Shown one piece after another: positions 43,044 to 55,725 of a stretch of DNA of 64,000 nt. Made by a program: the position numbers and the translations under genes. The stretch's first letter is position 1. Every line of letters starts with the position of its first letter. The notes beneath the pieces are model-generated. The model had not been told where the DNA came from, did not search any database, and was given only the letters and a program-made list of their open reading frames with translations. Source of the stretch: Macrostomum lignano. Taxonomy: Eukaryota. The DNA lies in the NCBI GenBank assembly GCA_002269645.1, contig NIVC01003803.1:1-64000 (forward strand). The letters run 5' to 3'.

Positions 43044-44064
43044 GAATAGGCCTATGAATGATCATGAGCATTATTTATGATCCCTAGCCTCATCCCAATT
43101 CTATGATGATAACACATTTGCTGTCTTGTTGCAAGGTTTATAACTTAACTTTGAATTTTATGTTTAGGCCTATGTATAGTCAAGTCAATGTTTTTTGGGT
43201 TGTAAAATAATATGTTTAGATATACTTGTACTTTTAAAAAATGAGTTTATCTTTACTTTTAAAGTATTTTTAAGATATATAGTCCAGATATTTTGTTTAG
43301 ACTGACATTATATTTGATATTTTGTTGACAAACAAAATGACTGCATCATATTTTTGTAGACAAAAGTGGCAAACAAACTAATAGCAGACAAAATAACTTT
43401 CAACTAGTAATAGTAGGCTAATAGCAATCTGGGAAATCAGCTCAAGTACCTGCAAGTCATCAATAAGAAAAAAAGAATAAAAAAGCTAATAAAATTTTTA
43501 AAAATGACATAGGCCCCTAATGATAGTGGGCATCAATAAAAGTAAGTTGAGCCAAGGTAAGGTATAGTATAGGCCTAGCAAAAAAGTTAGGGGCATACTT
43601 AGTCTTAGGTAGGCTGCATAGCCTAAAGGTAGATAGGCCTAATAAAAAAAATTAAAATAGGCCCCCTATTATAACTCACTAAAATTAATTGCCCATCTCC
43701 ATAGGCCTAGCATAGGCATAGGCCTAGGGAGCCTAGCCTAGGTAGGTCTAGTCATCTAGGGTTGGCTAGGCTAGGCCTTAACCTACATCACCTACTCTAT
43801 GTAAATCTAAGGAGAATGTCTACTTTTTAAGTTTGGGCCCAAATTTTTTATGAACTTGCATACAGAAGCACGTGCAAATAAGTCAGTCAGTTCATGAAAA
43901 ACTAAGCAAAGCAACGCTAGGGTCGACCTCACTTGGCACTTTAAACCTGAGAATGCTAGGCTACAGTCGTGATCTGGGTTAGACAGACACAGGCAGACTT
44001 CAAACTTCACTTTTCAAAGGTGACACAGCAAAACTTATAGCCTTCAATCAATTACGAAAAATTT

Positions 44065-44110
44065 GGGCAATCATTGGTCACAAAAGCAAATTGGCGCCGG
44101 CGGGAAAACA
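44065..44110. promoter_or_regulatory. Candidate promoter between divergent lin-54 and GGNBP2: CCAAT box (attgg) plus E2F-like sites (ttggcgcc, ggcgggaaaa)
   Basis: CpG-containing motif cluster in otherwise AT-rich DNA; motif match only. Confidence 0.4.
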
Positions 44111-44770
44111 AAAATAAGGGAATAAAAATAGTTCGTTTACACTATTGTCGTCTTGAAAATAGCTTTTTAAACAAAACAGACAGTTTAAAAAACTTTTAAA
44201 ACGTCCTAAAATGCATGCTATGTTTCTCATTGTGAAAAAGGTATAAAGAAAAATCTAGATGAATTATCTTATATTGTATTTACAAAATTTAAAACTGGCA
44301 ATCGAACTTTCATATTTATGATGACAACGTTCGACGCGTTCATAAATTAATTGATATGATTGCTTTCTTGTTTTGCTGGGATTATGATTAAATGAGAAAT
44401 GCTGCTCAAGCAAGCCTTGTCACTGTTTTCCTGCAATCTAATTAATAATCTGACTATCCTTTTCTTTCTTTTCTGAATTTCACTTGACTAGCGCGATAGC
44501 GCAGCGCCTAGGGCTAGGGTAGGCCTAGTTAGGCCTATAGTAGGGGTCTAGCATCTCACTCTCACTGCATCTGTCGATTTATGTGAATCTGTACCTTTTT
44601 GACTCTTTAACTAGACTTGCTGTTATACACGTTAGGCCCTAGGCCTACTTAGATTAAATATTATGGCTAGGGGGGCTATCCTGCAGAATTGTTTGTTAAA
44701 CTCACTGTATGCATATTTTTTAGCTATTGACATGAAGCTTGCAAAAAATGAATATTTTCATTATGCCAAC

Positions 44771-44965
44771 CAGGGGTGTAGGGAGGGGGGATAGGGGGGA
44801 TATATTCCCCCGAAGAGCCTGACCAAAACTTTTTTGTTGCCTTTGTTGCTATACATGCTACCATGTGACTCTGTCATAGCACTTTTACCTTGGTGTAGGC
44901 CTATCCCCCATAGAAAATTCACCTTGGTGTATCCCTCCTGTAGGAAATTCCTGGCTATGCCCCTG
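44771..44965. mobile_element. hAT-type MITE
   Basis: TIRs caggggtgtagggagg / ttcctggctatgcccctg; perfect 8-bp TSD atgccaac (44763-44770, 44966-44973). Confidence 0.85.
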
Positions 44966-45405
44966 ATGCCAACATTTTAGAAGTGTTTAGGCATTAAAAT
45001 TATATGATTCTGCAGGATAGGCCTAGCTGATATTATTTCTATTAGTAAAATCTTAATTAAAACAAATAATTTAAAGCTAGGCCTAGGCCCTAGCTGCCTC
45101 AAGTTAGAGCTAGGGCTAAATAAATGCTCTTTGCCTCTGAGTCTATAATTATATAATGTTAGCCATTTGCTCCCTAGGCTATGACTAGATACAAATACAA
45201 GTAAACAACTTAGTCTTTAACTCAATGGTCTCAACCCTTTGATTGGTTCCCACTTGGCCAAAGCCAAAAAGGCAATTAACTTAATGTAGCTAGGCCTAGT
45301 TAGGCATATAATTTATTATTTATATAGCTAGCCATAGTGCCAGCTATGGAAATTCACACTGAAATTCACACAAACTTTGCTCTGCGCATGGATCCTCTAT
45401 GGTAA

Positions 45406-46196
45406 GGCTCATTCCATATAAGATGAACATTTTTGGAAAATAGAAAAAAGTCAATATTTTTGCTTGCCATTGCCTTATCAGCCAATTTTTTTTACCAAAT
45501 GTTTTTTATGTGTAATATCTACAATCTAAGAATAAATAAATGATAAAATGTTGGATTAGTATGTTATCAAGTGGCAAAAAGTCATTTTTGTAAAAATTTG
45601 GACATTTTTCTAAGCAAAAGACATCATTAAGTTTGTGTACCTTTTAAAAATAAATAGAAAGCTTTGGAAGGTTGAAACAAACTATAGATAAAAGTATAGT
45701 ACTTGCATCATCAGATAAAAGTATTGGTGACCAAATAATCTATAGATTATATTTTTAATATATTGGTACCTCAAAGTTACTGAATTGACAGAAAAAAATA
45801 TGTTACGACCATAATGTTACGACCATAAGGCTGCCTTTTCTTTTGTATCATTGTTGCCTTTTGAGTTTATATATTCTACAAAAAGAGTATGATTACTGAA
45901 GATGTTGTTAGTCAAATTTTAAAAAATGTATTGCAAAATATCAAAAATAAAAAATGTTATAAGACTTTTACCTTTTAGTTTCTATATGTCAAAAATCCTG
46001 TTGTTACGACCATAAGTGCCATTCAAGGTTTAATAGCATCTATACTAATGATGATATCTACATGAAACTCTATAAAAATATTCTTGACAAAATTATCTTT
46101 CATTTAAATATTGGTTTAGTATATTCTATTATTATATTTTATTTTATAAGTAAAAATAGTCTGTCATGTTACGACCATGCTTATATGGAATGAGCC
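45406..46196. mobile_element. Non-autonomous DNA transposon with perfect 17-bp TIRs
   Basis: ggctcattccatataag / cttatatggaatgagcc; GTAA on both flanks; internal motif gttacgaccat occurs four times. Confidence 0.85.
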
Positions 46197-47131
46197 GTAA
46201 GCAAAATGACAGTTTTGACCATTAGAGAGATTGCTGACAGGTTGGACAAGCCAAAATCAACAATTCATCAAAGCTTACTTGGCATGGATCTCATGAAGCT
46301 CAGCCTATAATTTGTGTAACTCAATGGTACAGGTACAGTTATTTTAATGGGTATAACTTTTGTTCTCTGGATCAATTTTTAAAATTCAAAAAGCAGTTTG
46401 TAGAGGAGATTTTCTACTATCAGTTCATAAAATTTCAAATCACCAGAAGCTAGGCCCTATAGAATGAGAGCTACAGTTAAAAATATCACTATTTTTTTGG
46501 ATACCCTCATACAAACATCTCATTTTTAGTATTATGGATTTATACAACTGTCTAATGTGAAATGAATGTGCTTTAATTTGCTTACTAAACTGAACTTTTG
46601 AAAAAAATAATTCAAGCATTCTTTTCACTTTATTGTATTAGGGCTTGCTAATCCTTCTGATACAGATGCAAGTTGTATAGATTAGATGGCCATAAACTTT
46701 TTTCCTATTTGTAACCTAGACAGAAAGTTATCGCAAGGCAACTAAGCAACAGCTATATCTTTTTTTGCTAAATAATTATATTTGAGGATTTGCAAAATGA
46801 AAGACTAAATAAATTGTTTATGTATTTTATATTATTTTGCTGTAAAATTGTCAGATAATTTTAAGACCTTTAGGTGCTAATGATTTTTAGTTTCTTTATT
46901 GTTTTATTTTAGCAATGCATAAAAATGCATATGCCAAAACACAAAAATTAACTAAATATAGCAAGACAAATAGAAAAAAAAATAGAAGAAATAAATAAAC
47001 ACTAGCTATTGAAAATAAATCAAAAGAGATAAGGAGCATTAAATAGTTAAAGCTAGGGAGAGAAAAGAAAGGCATGCTATTACCTGCTTCAAATATTGCT
47101 TTAAACAGTTAATTCTTTTTTGCAGCATCAA

Positions 47132-50100
47132 ATGGAGCACAGCCTTAGAATCTGTTCAATCGATGTGGTTACAGAGGCTAATCAGAACAATTTTCTATTG
47201 CCTCGTCAAGTGGCTGTGGATATTGATGATGACTTAACAGTGAGTAAATTTAGTAATAAAACTTTTTTGTCACTTTAGGTCCTTCAAGGGTTATCTTTAG
47301 GAATCCTCAGCTGTTATCTTTGGGATCTTTAGTGGGTATTTTAGGGACCTTCAGTAAGTATCCTTAGACCTTCGGTGCATATTTTTGGGACCTTCAGTGG
47401 GTATCTTTCAGATCATCAGATGGTATCTTTGGGACCTTTAGTGGGTATTTTGAGACCTTCAGTGTGAATATTTAAGAGTATCAGTGGGTATCTTTAGGAC
47501 CATAAGTAGACCTATCTTTAGGACCTTCATCAGTGGGTATATTTGAGATCATCAGATGGTATCTTTGGGACCTTCAATGAGTATCTTTGGGACCTTCAGT
47601 GGGTATTTTGGGGACCTTCATTTGGTATCTTTAAGTTTTCATAAAGCATGGGTACATTATCGCCCTGTCATTCCTGTAGTAACTTGAAAAGCCTTAAAAT
47701 GCTTTGAGTTGAACCTCACTAAACCTCAATTATTTTATTTCGATTTTCCATTCAGGTCACCATGCAGCTGTGCGACACCAGACTGTTCAATCTGGCTTAC
47801 GCCTCGTCGCCAGCCGGTCAAGACGATACCGGCGTTGCCGCCTTCAAAGAAAAATTTAATCTGTTCACGCAGAAAGAGCTGGCTGACTCGCTGATGGGCA
47901 GCTCGGACGATTTGGGCAGCGCCGCAATCTCCGTTATTGGCTGCGTCGGCTGCAGACGCGCTGTTGAAGCCTTCCTGGGCCATGTTGGAGAGACTGGGGA
48001 GCCGGCGCTGGACCCCGTGCAGGTTAGTATTGGGATCGGGATTTGAGGTAGCTGGGATCGGGATCTGAGTAGCTGGGATCGGGATCTGGGTAGCTGGGAT
48101 CGGGATCTGGGTAGCTGGGATCGGGATCTGGGTAGCTGGGATCGGGATCTGGGTAGTTGAGATCGGGATCTGGGTAGCTGGGATCGGGATCTGGATAGTT
48201 GAGATCGGGATCTGGGTAGCTGGGATCGGGATCTGGGTAGTTGAGATCGGGATCTGGGTAGCTGGGATCGGGATCTGGATAGTTGGGATTGGGATTGGAT
48301 TTGAGGTTGTTGGGATCGGGATCTGGGTAGCTGGGATTGGGCTCTGGGTAGCTGGGATCGGGCTCTGGGTAGCTAAGATAGGGATCTGGGTAGCTGAGTT
48401 CGGGATCTGGGTAGCTGTGATCTGGGTTTTTTTGGGCCATTTAGGGTTTTTTGGATCCCTGAAAACCTCATTGGCAAATGGATTTTTGGCATCAGAGGCC
48501 AATCTCGCAACTTCATTTTCCCAATGCCAGTTGCCAATTTCAAAAATTGACAATTTCAATAACAAGTCCCAGACAGTCTCATTCCCCTCAATTATACAGT
48601 GCATACACGTTTAATGAGCCTTGGAAATATTCATCCTCAAGAATTTGGCTAGTTGCCAATGAGCAACCAAAAATAGCCATTGGCAACTGGATTTTGAGCC
48701 CCAAGGGCACGCTGTTGCCCCCCAGGCTGTGATCGGGATCTGGGTAGCTGGGATCGGGATCTGGGTAGCTGGGATCGGGATCTGGGTAGCTGGGATCGGG
48801 ATCTGGGTAGCTGGGATCGGGATCTGGGTAGCTGGGATCGGGATCTGGGTAGTTGAGATCGGGATCTGGGTAGCTGGGATCGGGATCTGGATAGTTGGGA
48901 TTGGGATTGGATTTGAGGTTGTTGGGATCGGGATCTGGGTAGCTGGCTCGGGGATTATGGTAGTTGGGATTGGGATCAGGAATGTGTGGTTGTCGGGATC
49001 AGGATCTTTGATCTGAATATCTGTAGTTGTGATGTGGCTAATTAGTAGGGATCTTTGTAATAGGAATTCGGGACCGGAAGCATGAGTTCCAGACTTTAAC
49101 TTTAATTTTTGTTAAAAATTCTGCAGCTCCGCGGAAAGACGATCAGCCTTCACAGCGACTGGTTCGCCTCGGCCACCCGACTTCACTACCTACTTGAAGT
49201 AGTTCGCCGCGTACTAGAATGCCGAGTTACTGCCGGCGGCAAGGCAAAGAAAGGCCGCAGATGCGCTATGCACGGCTTGGACGCGCACAAAACGGGCAGG
49301 ACCAGCTGGAAGGAGCTGTGGGATGTCATGACAACGGAATGCCGTGCCGAGCTAGGCCTGGTGTCATTCGAGTCGCTGGAAGACACCCTGGACGCTCATC
49401 TTGTCAGGCATAAATTCTGTCGCGAGTGTCGGGCCAAAGTTGAACGCGCATTCGCCATGATGATTGGCGACGAGGCGCCCGATAACACCTATAAGCCTGC
49501 GGTGTTCGCCTTTGTTCGCGTGTGCAAGGAGCGCGGGCATTTGCACCTGCTGCCGGACAAAACCGCCACCGACACGCTGTACGAATTGGTGGATAGGGCC
49601 GAGCCCGAGCTGCTGCAGAGGTGAGTAATCAGGTGTCTTTTGTTGTGTCTCATAGTCTGTTCGAATGTGTCTTTTGTTGTGTCTCATAGTCTGTTCGAAT
49701 GTGTCTTTTGTTGTGTCTCATAGTCTGTTCAGATGTGTCTTGTTGTGTCTCATAGTCTGTTCAGATGTGTCTTGTTGTGTCTCATAGTCTGTTCAGATGT
49801 GTCTATTGTTGTGTCTCATAGTCTGTTCAGATGTGTCTTGTTGTGTCTCATAGTCTGTTCAGATGTGTCTTGTTGTGTCTCATAGTCTGTTCAGATGTGT
49901 CTATTGTTGTGTCTCATAGTCTGTTCAGATGTGTCTTGTTGTGTCTCATAGTCTGTTCAGATGTGTCTTGTTGTGTCTCATAGTCTGTTCAGATGTGTCT
50001 ATTGTTGTGTCTCATAGTCTGTTCAGATGTGTCTTGTTGTGTCTCATAGTCTGTTCAGATGTGTCTTGTTGTGTCTCATAGTCTGTTCAGATGTGTCTTG

Positions 50101-53100
50101 TTGTGTCTCATAGTCTGTTCAGATGTGTCTATTGTTGTGTCTCATAGTCTGTTCAGATGTGTCTTGTTGTGTCTCATAGTCTGTTCAGATGTGTCTTGTT
50201 GTGTCTCATAGTCTGTTCAGATGTGTCTTGTTGTGTCTCATAGTCTGTTCAGATGTGTCTTGTTGTGTCTCATAGTCTGTTCAGATGTGTCTTGTTGTGT
50301 CTCATAGTCTGTTCAGATGTGTCTTGTTGTGTCTCATAGTCTGTTCAGATGTCTTTTACGCTCGTAGTGTGTCCTTCCTTAGTCTTTTCACAGGTGTCTT
50401 TTGTTGTGTCTCATAGTCTGTTTAGATGTGTCTCTTGGTGTGTCCGTTAGTCTGGTCAGATGCGCCTTTTAGTTTGTCTATTAGGCCTTTCAGATGTGTC
50501 TTAAGGTGTGTCCATTGATCTTCTAACATGTCTCTGTATATCTGTTATTACATTCAGCTCTTTTTGAGTGAAGTGTGCCTTCACGTAAATGTGTTTATTA
50601 AACTTTGGCCTTGGTTACAGCTATTGTTGCATTCATGAGTCTTGGGTGGTGGGTGGTGCTGTGTCTGGCTGTGTCCGCCCAATTATCTTTAAGCATGTCT
50701 TCAGTTGTGTCCATTAGTCACCATGTGTGTCTGTTGTTCTTTTTATGTGTCTCTGGGCATGTCAATATCTCTATTCAACAAGGGCAAGCGTAACCATATC
50801 AGGCCTCTATTCCAGAGCCTGCGAATTCCCTTTGACCTTATTACCTACTGATGTGCCGCTCAATGTAGCTCCAACAATTGCAGCAATCCGCGCGAACGCC
50901 ATGCGCAAACAATGGACGCGGCGCAAGAAGAAGTGCTCACCTGCATCGGATTGCACCTGTACAACCGGCTGACTCACCTGGCTCACACGCTCCGGTCAGA
51001 TGAACAGACCTGGCTGCTGTCTCTGCTGCTTTGCCTTGAACAGCTCCGCCAGGGTTTGGAATCAGCCGTAGAAAAGAAGCGCGGCTACTCCTCTTTGGAC
51101 CTGTTCTACTGGCAGCTGGAGCGCGAGGAGAAGGTGGCCGAGCAGCGGCGCGAAGCTAAACGAGAGAAGCGTCGCCAGAAACGGCAGAATAAACGGGCAG
51201 CGGTTGGCAACGGCGCCACTGATGGAGACGGGGCCGACACTGCTACTGACTCTGTTGTGACGGTAGTTACTGTTGCACTTGATGCTTTGACCTCCCAGAC
51301 CATATTTGTAGCTGGTGCCCCTCTGTAGCTGGTGCCCCTCTGTAGCTGGTGCCCCTCTGTAGCTGGCGCCCCTCTGTAGCTGGTGCCCCTCTGTAGCTGG
51401 TGCCCCTCTGTAGCTGGCGCCCCTCTGTAGCTGGTGCCCCTCTGTAGCTGGTGCCCCTCTGTAGCTGGTGCCCCTCTGTAGCTGGCGCCCTTCTGTAGCT
51501 GGCGCCTCCTCTGTAGCTGGCGCCTCCTCTGTAGCTGGTGCCCCTCTGTAGCTGTCGCATCTTTGTAGCTAGCGCCCCCTCTATCTAGCGGCCCCCTGTA
51601 GCTGGCGCCATTCTCTGTAGCTAGCGGCCCCTGTAGCTGGCGCCATTCTCTGTAGTTAGCGTCCCCTCTGTAGCTGGCGCCATTCTCTGTAGCTAGCGGC
51701 CCCCTGTAGCTGGCGCCATTCTCTGTAGTTAGCGTCCCCTCTGTAGCTGGCGCCCCTCTGTAGCTGGCGCCCCCTCTGTAGCTAGCGGCCCCCTGTAGCT
51801 GGCGCCATTCTCTGTAGTTAGCGTCCTAGCCGTAGTTGGTTCCCGTTTTTTAAAGTGCATCTCTTCTTTCCTTTAGTTCGTAGTTCCTTTAAACGAGTAA
51901 GTCAGCATTTCGACTGTCGTGAAAAGCGTACGCTATAAGACTTATCATTATATACCTTACCGTAGATTTTTTAGCTGTTGGGTAAACGGCTGGAGTAACT
52001 ATAGTAGTATTTTAGCATAAAATTCCTCGTCATCTAATTACAGATTGCTCCAGTGACGCAACACTTGACTGGGGATAGCGAGACAACATCAGCTACTAAT
52101 TGTGACAACAAGGTTGATGAACAGTCAGCACCCACTAGTCAGCAGCAGCCACCACCGAGGCCTTCCGATCATTCGCCTCGATCCTCTGGCGGCAGCAACG
52201 GCGGCGGCAACTGCGGCGCGGCTTCTTCGGCCTCTTCGTCGTCCTGTTCGACAAGCCACAATAGCAGCGGTTTCAGTGAGACTGAGGAGTGCTCAGCGAC
52301 TGGCGGACGCAGCGTTGGCGGTTCAGTTCGTCGTCAGCGTACGACAGGCAATCAGACACAAAGACAGCAGCAGAAGCCGTCGTCTATGGAAAGCGTAGCG
52401 AACGGTGCGCAAACAACTCAGTGCGATCGGCAGCGTCCGCTATCGTCTGTAAGTCTGGGGCGTGTGTTATTGCGTCATTTTTTAAATTGTAATTTAGTAA
52501 TCTAGCTTATTGGTCGGGTCAGGACTAATAATGTACTTTTGAAGGTCACGTCTGATGACGTCATTCTAAGAGTCGCAATTGACGATGCCATTCTCAAGGT
52601 CACGATTGATGATGTCATTCTTTAGCTCAAGACATTATTAGATTACTACTGATTATGTCATTCTCAAGGTCACAAATGATGACGTCATTCTCAAAGACTC
52701 TGGACACATGATTTTTAAAATCAGTGTGATTTGTTTTATCTGTTGACATTTCAGTCCCGGCAAGACCATCAGCAGCAGCCGAGGCCTAATCGAAAATCTG
52801 CAAAGCAGACGCAGCCACAGCAACAGCGAAAGCAACCACAGCAGAAGCAGCAGCAACAACAGCAGCAGCAGCAACACTGCAGCAATGGATGCTCTACTAC
52901 TGCTAGTAAGCGCAACAGCAACAACAACAGCAGCCATAACAGCAGCAGTCATCCAGGTTGCTATCGCGGCGCAGATGACAGCGGATGCGATGAGCCTTGC
53001 ACTTCTCAGCTCCTGCACCACCTGGGCTCCACTGTAGGTAGCGGAGGCGGTGGCAGTGGCGGAGGCGGCGGCGGTATTCCGGAAGACGTGGTCGAAGACT

Positions 53101-53213
53101 TTCTGAAGCACCGGTTGGAAATTGGGAAGCAACGCGAGGAGCTTCGTCGACGGCTTCGCCAGCAGTGGGCCGAGAAAGTCAACAGCGGGTCGCTGCCGCA
53201 GGCGCAGCAGTAG
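47132..53213 (+). CDS. GGNBP2: Gametogenetin-binding protein 2 (ZNF403/LCRG1) homolog, 6 exons, 703 aa
   Basis: Exons 47132-47239, 47756-48022, 49127-49620, 50884-51262, 52044-52448, 52755-53213; GT-AG and phase-compatible (exon 4 donor least certain). Motifs RQVAVDIDDDLT, GCVGCRRAVE, RCAMHGLDAHK, RHKFCRECRAKV, RERHAQTMDAAQEEVLTCIG, GIPED...REELRRRL. Confidence 0.92.
47275..47635. repeat. Degenerate ~21-bp repeat (gggaccttcagtgggtatctt), GGNBP2 intron 1
   Basis: Direct observation. Confidence 0.8.
48030..49010. repeat. 21-bp minisatellite (gggatcgggatctgggtagct) in two blocks (~48030-48425, ~48730-49010) separated by about 300 bp of unrelated DNA, GGNBP2 intron 2
   Basis: Direct periodicity; both blocks contain the same variant run (gatagttgggattgggattggatttgaggttgtt). 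Confidence 0.92.
49632..50360. repeat. 32-34-bp minisatellite (atgtgtcttgttgtgtctcatagtctgttcag), GGNBP2 intron 3
   Basis: Direct periodicity. Confidence 0.95.
51305..51830. repeat. 17-bp minisatellite (tgtagctggtgcccctc) with variants, GGNBP2 intron 4
   Basis: Direct periodicity. Confidence 0.93.
51980..52040 (+). other. 28S rRNA helix-69-region-like motif, copy 3, abutting the GGNBP2 exon 5 acceptor
   Basis: gggtaaacggctggagtaactat-[17 nt]-aaattcctcgtcatctaatta, then cag|exon. Confidence 0.85.
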
Positions 53214-54319
53214 CTGGGCCTGGACTGGATGGATTAATTATTATTATTACTATTATTTACTATTAATTATGCCACTATAAATTGTTTGTCGGAGTCGCGA
53301 AATTAATAAATTTATTTAATGATTTAATCTATTATATTATGCCTATGGTCGTATGACCTTACAAAGGCATTACCTACGTTACTACATAGAATTTATAAGC
53401 TGGCACAGATCAAAATACGTCTACTGTGAGATACAGGTATTAACTATGAAATTTGATTGCCAATGACCCTAATTAGAATCTACTACACAATGAATACAAT
53501 AATTTCATTACACTACAGCAATTCTGAACTATTTAATAAGCCTGTCCGTTTTTGGGTTGTTGCCTTTTCCCATCCAATCCCCATATTTTGCGCGGTGTTT
53601 GGTACTAATAGTAGCTGTTATGTAGTAGCATTGTCCGGTCCTATATGTCCTCTAATTCGGGTGTAGAGTTGTTGCGGAACCAAATATACTCGCTATTTAA
53701 AATAATTAACGAATAAGTTCAAGCAAAGCAAAATAAATCGATTATATTTAAATTCCCTATTCAATCGTTATTTTAAAATTGAAAAAAAAATTCTTAATTT
53801 TTTTGTTTCTTCTTTAGTTAGTTAGAAGTTTTTTAGTTAATTGTTATAAAACTGTTATTTATTTGTTTTTTTATATTTCAATGTATGAGTTGAATATTGC
53901 AAAATCTGTTTGCAATATTCGCAAACCACCCATAGATTTCGGAAATGTCTATGGTGGAAGTCAAGTCTGTTCCAATTTGCTAGAAGATAACTAAACAAAC
54001 AGTTTGGCCATAACTAACCTAACTCAGGTTTCTCTGATTTTCATTGAAAGTAACTTGTCAATCAGAAGCGGTTTCTGCCATAGACTGGGAATACCCGATC
54101 CAGACAATTTAGCCTAGGAATCAGAGAAAAACTACCTTAGTGTATGAACTCTACACTCCATTAGATTGTCCCATAGAAGTTCTTTGTGTAGTTTGAATTG
54201 AAATTGAATTTGCTCAAAAGTGAACTGAATGTAAATATGTAAATTGAAACAAAGTTCCTTTCTTATATAGACTAAACTGTCTGTATTATGTAATCTATTC
54301 CCAGTCGGCAAAGGCACGG

Positions 54320-54600
54320 TCAGCAAGGATTTCATTCCACGAGTTTCCGAATCGAGGCGACCTGCTAGATGGAAAAATGGTTAAAGAGCATTTCCCGAGA
54401 AGCAACTTTCAAGCCAACGAAGCATAGAATTTGCTCTCTTCACTTCACGGAATCCTTCTTTTTGAATACTCTGTGTGTTTACGTCCCACGCTTGCGATCT
54501 CTAATCTTGGCCTCATCTTGTATAGCTGATATTTCAGTTGTCATTCCAGTTGCTAGATTTAGAATTCCTTGACGATGGCGCCCTTTTTGCAAGTTCAAAA
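54320..54600 (+). pseudogene. THAP zinc-finger domain relic (probably transposase-derived)
   Basis: ISFHEFP, then after a 1-nt frameshift EKWLKSISREATFKPTKHRICSLHFTESFF, and later FLDDGALF; matches the THAP pattern FHxFP..W...R...P....ICSxHF...L..xAxP. The N-terminal CxxxC is not intact. Confidence 0.65.
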
Positions 54601-55139
54601 TATCGAAATGGAATCGATTTTAATGAAAACCAGAGAACTGTGCGAATCCATCAACTGAAGCGTTCGCAGCAGCTGATGTCTGTGGCCCAAACCCCGGGGT
54701 TTTCCATGAGAGGTACATGTATTTATTGACTGACCATTGTCGCTAACTCGATAGCTGAAACAACCGCGCCCTTTTGCCTTGCGGCTATTGGCATACTTGC
54801 GGGATCTGCTCCAGACACAGGAACTGGGATTACCTGCTAATTCCTTGATTCGGCTGATACCAGATTCTTGCCATGAGAATTCTGCGACAGCGCGACAGAC
54901 TCTGACATTTGCCGCATCTCGGCATTTCGTTTGGAAAGGCTATAGAATTGCAAATCTAGCGGGCGATCTTTTTGAGCGGGCTCCATTCTAAAATTCGATT
55001 TGCTATTTGGATTTGGATTGCTCCTTTTCTTTCTTATGGTTACATGTCCTACAGTTAGCTTGTACGAAAAGAGTTGTCTATATGGGTGACGGCCATCCAG
55101 TGCAGCATGTAAGAAACGCAGCTGTCTATGAAATATATA

Positions 55140-55725
55140 CTGTCCGTCAAAAGTTCCGGAACCCTTGCTACAATGACTTCTAGCGGACATAATTTCAGTC
55201 CGTTTCAATTGTAACTTGATTCAAATGAAAGCTGCGGATCTCAGCTCCATGATGTGGTCAAGAAAAAGTTTATTCGAAGGAGCGCGTGTGAACAGGCCAG
55301 TGTTATGTACATAAAGGTTAGAGAAAAAAGTGAGGAAAAGACAAACAAGCAATTGTCTATGGTTGCTGAGTCTATGGAGCAAACACACATGGGAAGGAAT
55401 CGGTTTGCGCGCAGTGTTCAGCCTGGCTAACATTAGTCTATGGCCAAAACTTGTGTTGAAATCAACAGGCTCTTATGGATTCTTGTGCAGTCAGCTTTCA
55501 TGGGAGAGTCAATTGCTTGTTTGTCTTTTCCTTACTTTTTTCTCTAACCTTTATGTACATAACACTGGCCTGTTCACACGCGCTCCTTCGAATAAACTTT
55601 TTCTTGACCACATCATGGAGCTGAGATCCGCAGCTTTCATTTGAATCAAGTTACAATTGAAACGGACTGAAATTATGTCCGCTAGAAGACATCGTAGCAA
55701 GGGTTCCGGAACTTTTGACGGACAG
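55140..55725. mobile_element. Young long-TIR (foldback) element with TA flanks, Tc1/mariner-like
   Basis: 216-bp arms 55140-55355 and 55510-55725 differ at only about 3 positions; 154-bp spacer; TATA on both flanks. Confidence 0.9.
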
